From Alphaproteobacteria bacterium (GTDB taxonomy: Bacteria > Pseudomonadota > Alphaproteobacteria > Micavibrionales > Micavibrionaceae), in NCBI GenBank assembly GCA_002701555.1, contig NZVS01000078.1, positions 1 to 37,067 of the forward strand: DNA of 37,067 nt, read 5' to 3'. The translations under genes and the position numbers were made by a program. The notes beneath the pieces are model-generated. The model did no database searches and had not been told where the DNA came from. It saw only the letters and a program-made list of their open reading frames with translations. Below, piece after piece: positions 1 through 9,886 of the stretch (positions are counted from its first letter, which is position 1; each line of letters begins with the position of its first letter).

Positions 1-123
1 GCCTGCATCTTTGGGCACGATATCCAGCAAAATAACCGGATAACCAGCATTTGCAATTTGCGCGGCAATCCCGCTGCCCATCAATCCCGCACCCAGCACG
101 GCCACTTTCTTAATCTCGGTCAT
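1..123 (-). CDS. 3-hydroxyacyl-CoA dehydrogenase, N-terminal fragment (continues beyond window start)
   Basis: Reverse complement of 1-123 reads [41 protein letters not shown], which contains an NAD Rossmann GxGxxG. The ATG is at 121-123, 30 nt downstream of the thiolase stop on the same strand. Confidence 0.8.
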   Translation of the reverse strand, partial: MTEIKKVAVLGAGLMGSGIAAQIANAGYPVILLDIVPKDAG

Positions 124-153
124 AATTCCTACCAGTTTTTTGTTTTGAGAGCT

Positions 154-1281
154 TTATATCTTCTCGAGCACGATGGCTGTGCCTTGTCCACCACCAATAC
201 ACATTGTGGCAAGGCCGTATTTTACATCTTCGCGGTTCATGAGAGAGGCAAGCTTTCCGGTAATCCGTGCGCCGGATGTTCCAAGCGGATGACCAAGCGC
301 GATTGCGCCACCGTCGATATTGACGATATCTTCTGAAACGCCCATTTCTTTTATGACGGAAAGTGACTGTGCGGCGAACGCCTCGTTCAGTTCAATCAAA
401 CCGATATCAGACGTTTTTAGCCCCGCGCGCTCCAAAGCTTTATTTGAGGCCGGAACAGGACCAATGCCCATAATTTCAGCTTTACACCCGGCAACAGCTA
501 CAGATTTGATACGTGCCAGTTTCGGTAAATTGTGCTTATCGGCGTAGCTTTCCGTAGCAACGAGAACTGCTGCCGACCCGTCAGTCAAAGGAGAAGAAGT
601 CGCTGCTGTGATTGTCCCGTTTGCATCAAAGGCCGGATTGAGAGTTGCCAGCTTCTCAACAGAGGAATCTGGTCTGATTGTTCCGTCTTTATCGATGCCG
701 TCAATTGCGACTATTTCATCATCAAACTTGCCTGACTCGGCTGCTTTTGCGGCCTTATGGTGTGAATTCACCGCAAATTCTTCCTGTTTATCACGAGCAA
801 TATCATATTTTTTGGCCAGATTTTCGGCCGTAATGCCCATGCTCATATAGGCAGGTGGAAAGTCTTCGGCAAGTTTGGGGTTTGGCATTGGATTAAACCC
901 GCCCATCGGGACGCGGCTCATCGACTCAACGCCCGCGGCAATAAATAATTCACCCGCATTCATCTGCGCATAACCTGCGGCCATTTGAATGGTTGTCATG
1001 GATGAACCACAGAAGCGGTTAACAGTTGCGCCGGCGACAGATTCAGGAAGACCGATAATCTGCCCCACAATCTTGGCCACGTTAAATCCTTGTTCGGCCT
1101 CAGGAAAAGCGCATCCCATCAGCAAATCCTCGATATCGCCAGCGTTTGCGCTTGTGCTGTCTAACAAGGCGGAGATGACTTTTGCGGCCATATCGTCAGG
1201 GCGCACATGGGCCAATGCTCCTTTATTTGCAAAATGCATGGGTGAGCGTTTAAAACCGCAAAGAACGACTGGTGTGTGCAT
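154..1281 (-). CDS. fadA: 3-ketoacyl-CoA thiolase / acetyl-CoA C-acyltransferase
   Basis: 375-aa ORF with the active-site Cys context VNRFCGSSM and C-terminal GLATMCIGGGQG. AGGAG lies 7 nt upstream of the ATG. Confidence 0.93.
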   Translation of the reverse strand: MHTPVVLCGFKRSPMHFANKGALAHVRPDDMAAKVISALLDSTSANAGDIEDLLMGCAFPEAEQGFNVAKIVGQIIGLPESVAGATVNRFCGSSMTTIQMAAGYAQMNAGELFIAAGVESMSRVPMGGFNPMPNPKLAEDFPPAYMSMGITAENLAKKYDIARDKQEEFAVNSHHKAAKAAESGKFDDEIVAIDGIDKDGTIRPDSSVEKLATLNPAFDANGTITAATSSPLTDGSAAVLVATESYADKHNLPKLARIKSVAVAGCKAEIMGIGPVPASNKALERAGLKTSDIGLIELNEAFAAQSLSVIKEMGVSEDIVNIDGGAIALGHPLGTSGARITGKLASLMNREDVKYGLATMCIGGGQGTAIVLEKI

Positions 1282-1465
1282 GTATATACTCCTGATTATG
1301 GATAGGTGGCTTAACTTTTATTTTTTTCAATTATCTACTATATAGGAAATAGATTTTTCGTCTATAATATCCACCATGAAAAAGCGATTTGGGTTTGACA
1401 TGGTACGTAAATCATGCAATCCCATATCAGATTAGAAAATAAAGTTTTAAGGAGAGAAAACGCCC

Positions 1466-2008
1466 ATGCCAACGTCCACACCGACAGTCGCGGACCCGCG
1501 CGGTTTGAAACGTATATGCCTATCTTGCAGTACACGTTTTTATGACATGAATAAACGTCCTATCGTATGTCCTAACTGTGACACTGAATTTACAGGTGAC
1601 GTGAAGGTTAAATCACGTAAAGCTCGCGGTGCTGCTGACGCTGCCAAGCCTTCAAAAGCGAAAGCAAAGACATCCAAGTCACCGAAAGATCTTGATGATG
1701 ACGACGACTACGATGATGAAGATGATGAAGACATGGATGATGAGGATGAAGAAGACGAGGACGAGGACGAAGATGAGGATGATCTTGGTGTAGAAGAAGT
1801 CGATATGGATTCCGATGAGGCTTTGGTTGATGATGACTCAGAGGATGAGGATGATCCTGACTTAGAAGCTTTGAAAGAAATAGACGGCGATTTGGATGAA
1901 GACCTCGACGATGAAGACGGTGAAGTCGATTTAGAAGGTCTTGATGATGATCTGGATCTGGACGAAGACCTTGATGAGGATGAAGAAGACGAGGACGAAG
2001 ACAAGTAA
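1466..2008 (+). CDS. TIGR02300 (FYDLN_acid) family zinc-ribbon protein with hyper-acidic tail
   Basis: N-terminus reads GLKRICLSCSTRFYDMNKRPIVCPNCDTEF (CxxC...CxxC plus FYDxN), followed by a D/E-rich tail of about 110 aa. AAGGAG-like SD upstream. Confidence 0.85.
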   Translation: MPTSTPTVADPRGLKRICLSCSTRFYDMNKRPIVCPNCDTEFTGDVKVKSRKARGAADAAKPSKAKAKTSKSPKDLDDDDDYDDEDDEDMDDEDEEDEDEDEDEDDLGVEEVDMDSDEALVDDDSEDEDDPDLEALKEIDGDLDEDLDDEDGEVDLEGLDDDLDLDEDLDEDEEDEDEDK

Positions 2009-2032
2009 GCCTTTCCCAATCTAAATAATAAA

Positions 2033-2070
2033 GCGGCCTTTTTGCAGAACAGCATTAAGGCCGTTTTTTT
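2033..2070. terminator. Putative bidirectional rho-independent terminator between convergent genes
   Basis: GCGGCCTT (2033-2040) pairs with AAGGCCGT (2057-2064). It is followed by a T-run (2064-2070) and preceded by an A-rich tract. The loop is large (16 nt). Confidence 0.5.
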
Positions 2071-2776
2071 ATCCTTTTTCGTTTAGAGGCCTGTCTTTTA
2101 TGCGTCCGGATAAAATAATTACATATAGAAGCACGAAGTAAAACATATAGAATTCATTTATTTCACTAACTCTAATAAAAATATTTACATCCACCGCTTC
2201 GCCTATCTTTTCAACAATCTTAGGAAGTTCTGCACATAAAACTGAAGGCAAAAGAATGATTGGTGGATAAATGATCCTGAATTTTATCGGCAACATAGAA
2301 GGTTTGAATTTCATTATCAGCGGTACAAAAATACCCCCTACGATCATACCTATTTCCAGCAAAAGTCTTGGTTTCTGATCAAGCCATGAAGAGGTATTGT
2401 GGAGATTGGTTTCCTGTTGATCATTAATTGCTGCCCAATGTTCAGGAGTCGTCCATTCAAAAATCCATTGCCCCCAGCTGATTTCTTCACCGGCAATGTA
2501 AAGTGTGCCAAGAAAAGCAACTGCTATCCAAGCGAAAAGAAACATGTTTTGCCGGACATATTTGTCCAGCAAAAGTTGTGCGCAAATAGCGCTGGCAATA
2601 GCAGACACAAAAAACTGAAGGGTTTCATGTGGCCCCCATTCAGACATCAGCATACTCCTGATGTTTTGAGGCAAGGTGAATTCCAAAACTATTTGTACAG
2701 CAAGTGTTATGCATGGCAACCACAGCCACCACAGTGAATTGAGCTGTTTATCTGAATAATGTTTTATTCTGTGCAT
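2069..2776 (-). CDS. Hypothetical polytopic membrane protein
   Basis: 235-aa ORF with several hydrophobic segments. No family recognised. Confidence 0.6.
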   Translation of the reverse strand: MHRIKHYSDKQLNSLWWLWLPCITLAVQIVLEFTLPQNIRSMLMSEWGPHETLQFFVSAIASAICAQLLLDKYVRQNMFLFAWIAVAFLGTLYIAGEEISWGQWIFEWTTPEHWAAINDQQETNLHNTSSWLDQKPRLLLEIGMIVGGIFVPLIMKFKPSMLPIKFRIIYPPIILLPSVLCAELPKIVEKIGEAVDVNIFIRVSEINEFYMFYFVLLYVIILSGRIKDRPLNEKG

Positions 2777-2794
2777 ATGGATTTTCCCTCAAAA

Positions 2795-4615
2795 TTACTG
2801 CGAATAAATATCTTCGACAATAGGCATTAAAATATTTGCACCCCTGACTGTGAGATGATGTGCGTCATGATAATAAGCTTTATATCCATCAGCAATATAA
2901 CATTGTGGTTTACAAAGGTATTTTTGAGTGTCGTAAAAGTAGACATTTGCAGGATTACCTACACTTTCCTGATAATCCTGAAAAACGCGCTGCCTGTCGA
3001 AGTCCTGCGCGGGAAGTGCCTGATCCGTGCCTGACTTATATTTTCTATATAAAAATTCAGGTATTGATTCTTTATAATGGGGAGTAGGAGTTAATATATG
3101 GACTTTAATGTCTATCTTTTCAGCTTCTCTAATTAAGCGGTTGAAAGGTGTGAAATCTTGCTCGACTGAGGTTAAGTTGTAAAGAACAACGTCTGTTATA
3201 TTTCTGTTCTGAATATCTTCCCACATACTGTCGAACGTACAACGGCCTACGCCCAGCTTACAGTTATACTTATTCAAATACAGATTTACGTTATATTTTT
3301 CGGCAAGGTCTATAAAAGGAGGTTTCACAGCATCAGCATGACTGTCCCCGTAAAGAAGAATGTTTTTATCAGCATTGGGCTTATCACGAAAAGCGCATAT
3401 AGTGCTGAAGGGGGCAACCAATCTTTTAATTTTTCCGCAGCGATACGGCAAGCGGTCTTCCATGGATGCAAAAACATCCCTCAACTCAGGCGGATACAGA
3501 AATGAAAAATAATTGGTTTTAATCGTGATAGCAGACATGATGAGAGAAGCGAGAAAAATAACTCCTATAAAGCTATAAAATTTCTTACCAGATATTTTCC
3601 GCGGCGAACGAAAATAATTTTCTATCGTTCTATAAGTTAGATAAGACAAAGTTATAGTAACTGCTGTGATGATTATACTGTCTAAGCTGCTTAGCGATTG
3701 CCAGTCACCGAACGGCCCGTATTTAAAGGCAAAGATTATCGGATAATGCAAAATATATACTGAAAAAGAAATTGTGCCGATAAAAACCAGAGGCCTGACT
3801 AGCCACTGCAATTTGTTGTCGGGGATATCTAATCGGGCAAAAATTATTAAGGCGGTCGCAAGTGTCGGCAATAGGGCCAAAGCACCTGGGAAGGGACTAT
3901 TACCATTTAAATAATAGGTACAAAGGCCTATTAAGAATGTTGCAATTATCCAGCACATTATTTTTGTGAATGCAGACATATATATGGTCTGGCTTGCATA
4001 CCTGAAAAGAAAATATCCTACCAAAAATTGCCAAATTCGTGTCGGCAGAAGGAAAAAGGCGGTTTTTGGAGAAATCATTGTCATGCCAATACAAAGTAAA
4101 AGAGACACGGCAAATAAAAGAAAGTCGGTATATTTTATTTTTCTAAAAACGAATAAAATCAATGGGAAGAATAGGTAATATTGATATTCAACACCCAGTG
4201 ACCAGTAATGTAACATCGGACGAAAGAGGTGTTCCTGAAAGTAATTATTATCATTCCAATATAAAAAATTTGGGATAAGGAAAAGAGAGCCAAGGAAATT
4301 TTTGTTTAGAAGTTTTAATTCATGGGGCAAAAATAAAAAAGGCGCTATGACCATGAACAATAGGAACACAATAAGGGGTAGGGGAAGAATACGCCGTATC
4401 CGTCGGTCAAAAAAAGACAGGATTTTGTCCTTGTCTAACTCCCGAAGTGTTTGCGCCATGAAAAACCCGCTTAACACAAAAAAGATATCGACACCAATAA
4501 ACCCACCTTTGAAAATAGTAATATCCAGATGAAACAAAAACACCAAAATGACAGCAAGGGCTCGCAGGATTTGCAGATCGGGACGAAAGTTTTTCTGGTG
4601 TGACGGTATAGTCAT
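2795..4615 (-). CDS. Acyltransferase family 3 (OafA/YrhL-like) membrane protein with C-terminal SGNH-like domain
   Basis: N-terminus reads MTIPSHQKNFRPDLQILRALAVILVFLFH (the acyltransferase_3 R..A....H signature), followed by about 10 TM segments and then a soluble C-terminal domain (LLYGDSHA). Start moved to the ATG at 4615 because the longer ORF would overlap glmS. Confidence 0.85.
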   Translation of the reverse strand: MTIPSHQKNFRPDLQILRALAVILVFLFHLDITIFKGGFIGVDIFFVLSGFFMAQTLRELDKDKILSFFDRRIRRILPLPLIVFLLFMVIAPFLFLPHELKLLNKNFLGSLFLIPNFLYWNDNNYFQEHLFRPMLHYWSLGVEYQYYLFFPLILFVFRKIKYTDFLLFAVSLLLCIGMTMISPKTAFFLLPTRIWQFLVGYFLFRYASQTIYMSAFTKIMCWIIATFLIGLCTYYLNGNSPFPGALALLPTLATALIIFARLDIPDNKLQWLVRPLVFIGTISFSVYILHYPIIFAFKYGPFGDWQSLSSLDSIIITAVTITLSYLTYRTIENYFRSPRKISGKKFYSFIGVIFLASLIMSAITIKTNYFSFLYPPELRDVFASMEDRLPYRCGKIKRLVAPFSTICAFRDKPNADKNILLYGDSHADAVKPPFIDLAEKYNVNLYLNKYNCKLGVGRCTFDSMWEDIQNRNITDVVLYNLTSVEQDFTPFNRLIREAEKIDIKVHILTPTPHYKESIPEFLYRKYKSGTDQALPAQDFDRQRVFQDYQESVGNPANVYFYDTQKYLCKPQCYIADGYKAYYHDAHHLTVRGANILMPIVEDIYSQ

Positions 4616-4623
4616 TTGAAGGA

Positions 4624-6450
4624 TTATTCTACGGTGACCGATTTTGCGAGGTTGCGCGGCTGATCTACATCTGTTCCTTTGGCAACAGCCGTATGATAGG
4701 CCAGCAATTGTACAGGAATGGCATAAAGTATAGGGGCTACAAAGGGGTGTACGTCTCCTAGCTCGACTGTCCAACGGCTTGTTTCTTTAAGGGAGTCAGT
4801 ACCTGATTTATCAGAAATCAGAAAAACCTTTCCTCCTCGTGCAACCGCTTCTTGCACATTGGAAGCCGTTTTTTCAAATAACGGATCATTGGCAGGAGCT
4901 ACGACAACTATTGGTACGGCCTCGTCAATGAGGGCGATTGGCCCGTGTTTCATTTCACCGGCGGCATAGCCTTCTGCGTGAATGTAGGAAATCTCCTTTA
5001 GTTTCAAAGCTCCTTCAAGGGCGAGGGGGTAAAGTGCACCTCGTCCCAAATAGAGTACGTCACGCGCTTTGGAAACATCTATGGCAATTTTTTGAATATC
5101 ACTGTCGTATTTTAAAATCTGTGCCGCGGTTGCAGGAATTTCCCTTAAGGCCTGAGCGTAATAATTACTGTTTTCAAGAGTGTCTTTTTCCCTTGCCACG
5201 GCCAATGTTAGGCAGGCAAGTGTTGTTAACTGCGTTGTGAAAGCCTTAGTTGACGCAACACCTATTTCGGGTCCTGCCAGGGTATGAAGCACCATATCTG
5301 ACTCACGTTCAATCGTGCTTTCAATGGTATTAACAATGGACAGAACTTTTTGGTTTTGGCGTTTGCAATACCGTAAGGCTTCCAAAGTATCCAATGTTTC
5401 ACCTGATTGGGAAACAAAAATAGAAACTCCACCTTCAGGCATCGGGGCTTCCCTGTAACGGAATTCTGACGCCACATCTATTTCACAAGGAATGCGTGCT
5501 ATTTGTTCAAACCAGTATTTGGCAACCATACAGGCATAAAAGGCCGTACCACACGCAATCAATGTTAGACGCGGGGCAGATTTTAAGGTGTTTACTATGT
5601 CATCAGGAAAACTTATTTTTCCTGTAGCCGGGTTAACAAAAGAATTGAGTGTATCACCAATTACCGACGGTTGCTCATAGATTTCCTTGAGCATAAAATG
5701 GGCATACTCACCCTTGCCTGAATTGGCGCCACTTTGTGCAGTTACCCTGATTTCGCGGCTGACCTGAGCGCCACTCGAATCTAAAATCTCGGCCTCGTCA
5801 TGCGATAGAATTATGCGGTCTCCATCTTCGAGAAATGTTATTTTTTTTGTAAAAGGCGCAAGCGCATAAGAGTCAGATGCTAAAAACATTTCACCTTCCC
5901 CATAACCTAGTGCAAGGGGTGTACCCTGACGTACGCCGACCATAATATCTGGACAATCGGCAAAAATAACAGCCAGTGCAAATGCTCCTTCCAAACGATC
6001 AAAAGCTTTGAATGCTGCTTTTTTCGGCTCATGCCCTTCATTCGTATAATGGGTAATCAAATGCGCTACGGCCTCTGTGTCAGTCTCCGTTTTAAAAATA
6101 TGTCCCTTATCTTCAAGCTCGGACTTTAAAGTTTTATAATTTTCTATAATGCCGTTATGAACGACGGCAACTTTGTCCGTCGCGTGTGGATGGGCATTAC
6201 GTTCCGTAGGGCCGCCATGAGTAGCCCATCGTGTGTGACCGATGCCGATAGTACCCTCAAGAGGTTCTGTTTCCAGCTTACCTTTCAGATTTATAAGTTT
6301 ACCTTCGGCACGGCGACGCTCTATCGTACCTTTTCTGTTCAGTGTCGCGATTCCGGCACTGTCATATCCTCTATATTCCAATCGTGACAAACCTTCATAC
6401 ACCCGGGTCGCCACAGATTCTTTTGATAATATACCTATAATTCCACACAT
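4624..6450 (-). CDS. glmS: Glutamine--fructose-6-phosphate aminotransferase
   Basis: Has MCGIIG (N-terminal nucleophile Cys), SIS domains and C-terminal NLAKSVTVE. Start placed at the Met preceding the Cys (6450), not the upstream ATG at 6462. Confidence 0.96.
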   Translation of the reverse strand: MCGIIGILSKESVATRVYEGLSRLEYRGYDSAGIATLNRKGTIERRRAEGKLINLKGKLETEPLEGTIGIGHTRWATHGGPTERNAHPHATDKVAVVHNGIIENYKTLKSELEDKGHIFKTETDTEAVAHLITHYTNEGHEPKKAAFKAFDRLEGAFALAVIFADCPDIMVGVRQGTPLALGYGEGEMFLASDSYALAPFTKKITFLEDGDRIILSHDEAEILDSSGAQVSREIRVTAQSGANSGKGEYAHFMLKEIYEQPSVIGDTLNSFVNPATGKISFPDDIVNTLKSAPRLTLIACGTAFYACMVAKYWFEQIARIPCEIDVASEFRYREAPMPEGGVSIFVSQSGETLDTLEALRYCKRQNQKVLSIVNTIESTIERESDMVLHTLAGPEIGVASTKAFTTQLTTLACLTLAVAREKDTLENSNYYAQALREIPATAAQILKYDSDIQKIAIDVSKARDVLYLGRGALYPLALEGALKLKEISYIHAEGYAAGEMKHGPIALIDEAVPIVVVAPANDPLFEKTASNVQEAVARGGKVFLISDKSGTDSLKETSRWTVELGDVHPFVAPILYAIPVQLLAYHTAVAKGTDVDQPRNLAKSVTVE

Positions 6451-6521
6451 ATTTGAAAACATACCTTGGGGGAAAGCGTTTGAAAAATAACTCTATCTTA
6501 CAGGACGTAACAGGGCAAGTC

Positions 6522-7016
6522 CTAGAGAGGCATTGTCAGGTCGGCAACCATTAAAATATCAGGTTTTTGCTGTGTGGAATTATAGGTTTGGAGGGTCTTA
6601 ATTTTCTGCCAGCCAAGTTTTTCGTACATTTTCTCGGCAGTGTGTGTAAAAAGATAAAGCTCTTTAAACCCTCTTTGGTATGCTTGTTTCTTAACATGAA
6701 GACAAAGGGCCTTTGCAACTCCGATACCACGATAATCCGTATGCACATAAACAGAAGCAAGCCACGGACCCAAATTTGTAAGTACAGGATGATCATTAGT
6801 TTTAAGAGAGGCCATACCCAGGATAGTTTTATCCTGAACAGCAACCCAGCTTGCAGGTAATACTGCGTCCATATTAGATGCAGTATTTTCATACCTCTCA
6901 ACAGCATCTGATAGATTTTTATTCGGATTGGATTGTCCCCATTCACCAAAGCTCCACGCAGCGCAAATCTGCGCCGCATTCGGAAAATCGCTCAGTGGAT
7001 GTATGTTAAACTTCAT
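6522..7016 (-). CDS. GNAT family N-acetyltransferase
   Basis: 164 aa with an acetyl-CoA motif A-like sequence, VHTDYRGIGVAKAL. Sits between glmU and glmS. Confidence 0.8.
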   Translation of the reverse strand: MKFNIHPLSDFPNAAQICAAWSFGEWGQSNPNKNLSDAVERYENTASNMDAVLPASWVAVQDKTILGMASLKTNDHPVLTNLGPWLASVYVHTDYRGIGVAKALCLHVKKQAYQRGFKELYLFTHTAEKMYEKLGWQKIKTLQTYNSTQQKPDILMVADLTMPL

Positions 7017-7028
7017 TAGAAGTGGGGG

Positions 7029-8381
7029 TCAGTCTTTTTTACTTTTTTTCTCGCGATAGGACTTTGCCCAACCATCACGCATTATTGGACGCGTACGGGC
7101 AACAGCCAAGGTGTCTTCCGGCACATTTTTAGTAATCACACTGCCTGCGGCCACATAAGACCCGTCTGAAAGTGTAAGGGGTGCTACCAATGTAGAATTT
7201 GATCCTACAAAGACATTTTCTCCAATTGTCGTTTGATGTTTGTCAAACCCGTCATAATTACATGTAATCGTACCCGCACCAATATTTGATCCTGCACCAA
7301 TCTCTGCGTTTCCTATATAGGCAAGATGGTTGGCCTTAGAGCCTTTGCCCATGTGACTGCCTTTCACTTCTACAAAATTGCCAATTTTAACACCATCCTC
7401 GAGATGCGTACCCGGGCGTAATCTTGCGAACGGGCCAATTACACAATTTTCTTCCAGTGTGACCTCTTCAAGATAAGAAAAGCCGCGGATCCGACAGTTG
7501 TTTCCAACACGTACGCCAGATCCGAAAATCACATTGGGCTCTATAATAACGTCTTTGCCTAAAACGGTATCCTCTGAAAAAGTAACGCTGTCCGGATCTA
7601 TTAATGTAGCGCCATTTTCCATGGCTTTTTCGCGTAGTCTTTTTTGCATTTTAGCCTCCAAATTTGCGAGTTCGCCCCGTGTATTCGCGCCTAAGCTTTC
7701 TTCTTCGGCACAAAGGCTGTAGCAGGTTTTTTCGCTATCGGCCTCCCGCGCAATTCTAGGCAAGTCCGTAAGGTAATACTCACCCTTACTATTGTCATTA
7801 TCGACTTTCTCAATCCAATTACGGATTTTGGCAATATCGCCACACATTACGCCTGTCCAGCAAAGGTTTATTTTTTGCTCTTCGGAGCTCGCCTCTTTTT
7901 GTTCAACAATTTTTACTAAATGGTCGTTTTCATCCGTAATCATTCTTCCATAACCGAAGGGGTCTTCAGGTTTCATGGCTAAAAAAGACAAGCCGCAATC
8001 ATCGTTGGCTTCATAATCAGATACAAATTTTTGCAAAGTCTCTTTTGTGTATAAAGGCCCGTCCCCGTAAAGAACGAGCAAAGAGCCTTGCTTTGAACGC
8101 GTGCTTGCCAGTCCTGCTTTCACAGCGTCAGCCGTACCTTGCGGAGTTTTTTGAATTGCTGTCTTATGCGGACTTACTGTCTTGGCAACATTGTCCATAG
8201 ATGGCGCAACTACCACGGTTACTGTATCAGGATTAAGGGATTCGGCCAGTTTCGTTACATGGGAAATCATCGGCAGCCCTGCTATTTCATGCATGACTTT
8301 TGGCAGTGATGATTTCATACGTGTGCCTGAACCGGCGGCAAGGATGATTATCTCTAAAGGATGTGCGCGCTTATTTTTCAT
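7029..8381 (-). CDS. glmU: Bifunctional UDP-N-acetylglucosamine pyrophosphorylase / glucosamine-1-phosphate N-acetyltransferase
   Basis: LAAGSGTRMKSSLPK nucleotidyltransferase motif and C-terminal left-handed beta-helix hexapeptide repeats. 450 aa. Confidence 0.96.
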   Translation of the reverse strand: MKNKRAHPLEIIILAAGSGTRMKSSLPKVMHEIAGLPMISHVTKLAESLNPDTVTVVVAPSMDNVAKTVSPHKTAIQKTPQGTADAVKAGLASTRSKQGSLLVLYGDGPLYTKETLQKFVSDYEANDDCGLSFLAMKPEDPFGYGRMITDENDHLVKIVEQKEASSEEQKINLCWTGVMCGDIAKIRNWIEKVDNDNSKGEYYLTDLPRIAREADSEKTCYSLCAEEESLGANTRGELANLEAKMQKRLREKAMENGATLIDPDSVTFSEDTVLGKDVIIEPNVIFGSGVRVGNNCRIRGFSYLEEVTLEENCVIGPFARLRPGTHLEDGVKIGNFVEVKGSHMGKGSKANHLAYIGNAEIGAGSNIGAGTITCNYDGFDKHQTTIGENVFVGSNSTLVAPLTLSDGSYVAAGSVITKNVPEDTLAVARTRPIMRDGWAKSYREKKSKKD

Positions 8382-8453
8382 GAGCGTAGTTTATGCCGAG
8401 CTATACGAACCTGTCCAGAGGCAAAACCTTTTTATGCCTGTGCATTTGAATGC

Positions 8454-8984
8454 TTATTCAACAGGCTTTGAACTTTGTTCGAACAGTGACAAATATTCAC
8501 CATAGCCTTCGTCTTCAAGCTGATCTTTTGGTATGAAACGCAATGAGGCTGAATTTATACAGTAACGCTTACCACCTTCTGCCTTCGGCCCGTCGTCAAA
8601 AACATGCCCAAGATGAGAATCTGATTCTGTAGAGCGAACTTCGGTACGTTCCATCAATAATTTTCGGTCACTTCGCTTGGTCACCTTTTCATCATTTATA
8701 GGTTTGGTAAAACTTGGCCACCCTGTACCACTATCAAATTTATCGGTTGAGGAGAAAAGCGGTTCGCCTGAAATGACGTCTACATAAATGCCTTCTTCCT
8801 TGTTATCCCAGTATTCATTGTCAAATGCCTTTTCCGTACCGTCATGCTGGGTAACATATTGTTGTATAGGTGTGAGATCTTCGGGTGCTGTGCGTTTCAT
8901 GGTGTCCTGTGCCTGTGCGTTTAAAGGTAAGAGTAAGAATCCGGTTGCAAATGTCGCTGCTATTAGTTTTCCAAATTTGTTCAT
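8454..8984 (-). CDS. msrB: Peptide-methionine (R)-S-oxide reductase MsrB with N-terminal signal peptide
   Basis: GWPSF and [11 protein letters not shown] motifs. N-terminus [27 protein letters not shown] looks like a Sec signal. Confidence 0.9.
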   Translation of the reverse strand: MNKFGKLIAATFATGFLLLPLNAQAQDTMKRTAPEDLTPIQQYVTQHDGTEKAFDNEYWDNKEEGIYVDVISGEPLFSSTDKFDSGTGWPSFTKPINDEKVTKRSDRKLLMERTEVRSTESDSHLGHVFDDGPKAEGGKRYCINSASLRFIPKDQLEDEGYGEYLSLFEQSSKPVE

Positions 8985-9022
8985 AAGGTTTTGCCTTTCA
9001 CTATTAATTTAGGATAAATCAT

Positions 9023-9886
9023 CTAATTGACCAGATGCATGAATAAAACACCGTAATCAGTTTTAACCTGCATCTTGACGGGAATTGAATGTTTACTTTC
9101 GCCAATTTTCGCAAGCCATATCAAGGGCAGCGCGCCTTTGTCACGGCCTTGTTCTTGTATGGACAACCATCCGCGGGGCTTTTCATGCCAGCGCCCGCCA
9201 TCTGGAAAAATCTCTACTTCGCATTTAAGCGCGGGGCCTGAGTATGCAGAATATTTACTTTTTGAAAGATTTTCACTTCCTAAAGGCTTAAACCATAGCT
9301 TAAAGCGCCGCTTGCCATCAAAAACATTAAATGTGCCGCTACACTCATCATTTTGAACTGATGTGTTCATCACATTTAACATTGCCGATAAAAGGTCTAC
9401 GCTATTTTTGGCTAAATTAGCGTCTATATCATCTGGAGTTTTATCCTTACCGTCCTCTATTATTTTTAGAGATTCAAAACGACCTGATTCATCATATTGA
9501 AATGTCTTTATTTCTTTGTCACCTCGCCATATTGATTGTGCAATATGTGTTTGCGGGCGAGCCTGACCGTTTTTATTATAAAAGCCGCGGGTAAAGTACA
9601 GTCCTTCCCAAGGGGCTATCTTTCCAATAAAGCCGCGGGTAATAGCTTTAAGTTCAGTTTCGAAATTTTTGTCTGTTTGATCGAGGCGAAGTTGTGCATC
9701 GACGGCATTTATGCCGCCGGCATAAATTTTATAGTTATAAATATTATCAGATTGATTTTGCGCATTTGCGTTAATAGAGAATGCGATAATTGCGCCTAGG
9801 AAAATGAATCCGTTAACAATATAGCGGAGATAATTCGGCAATGTTTGCGCCTGCGCCTGTTTTGAAACGTGTAAGTCCTGTTTCAT
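9023..9886 (-). CDS. Secreted hypothetical protein, DUF3108-like
   Basis: Signal-anchor FIFLGAIIAFSINANAQ. YKIYAGGINAVDAQLRL resembles the start of the DUF3108 beta-barrel. GGAGG lies 11 nt upstream of the ATG. The family call is tentative. Confidence 0.6.
   Translation of the reverse strand: MKQDLHVSKQAQAQTLPNYLRYIVNGFIFLGAIIAFSINANAQNQSDNIYNYKIYAGGINAVDAQLRLDQTDKNFETELKAITRGFIGKIAPWEGLYFTRGFYNKNGQARPQTHIAQSIWRGDKEIKTFQYDESGRFESLKIIEDGKDKTPDDIDANLAKNSVDLLSAMLNVMNTSVQNDECSGTFNVFDGKRRFKLWFKPLGSENLSKSKYSAYSGPALKCEVEIFPDGGRWHEKPRGWLSIQEQGRDKGALPLIWLAKIGESKHSIPVKMQVKTDYGVLFMHLVN

Noticed and set aside
1708-2055. 115-aa poly-Ser ORF on the minus strand
   Set aside because: It is the antisense reading of the GAT/GAA-rich acidic tail of the TIGR02300 gene. 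It is low-complexity mirror-frame sequence with no independent start signals.
4616-4774. N-terminal extension of the acyltransferase ORF (track start 4774)
   Set aside because: The extension overlaps the 3' end of glmS and encodes Cys/Arg-rich sequence. The family-typical N-terminus begins at the ATG at 4615.
6451-6462. Upstream ATG (MFSNMCGIIG) for glmS
   Set aside because: GlmS needs Cys as the mature N-terminal residue, so the Met directly preceding the Cys (6450) is the functional start.
6551-6979. 142-aa alternative-frame ORF inside the GNAT gene, and the plus-strand ORF 6567-6860
   Set aside because: Both are nested in or antisense to a gene with clear GNAT motifs. Neither has motifs of its own.
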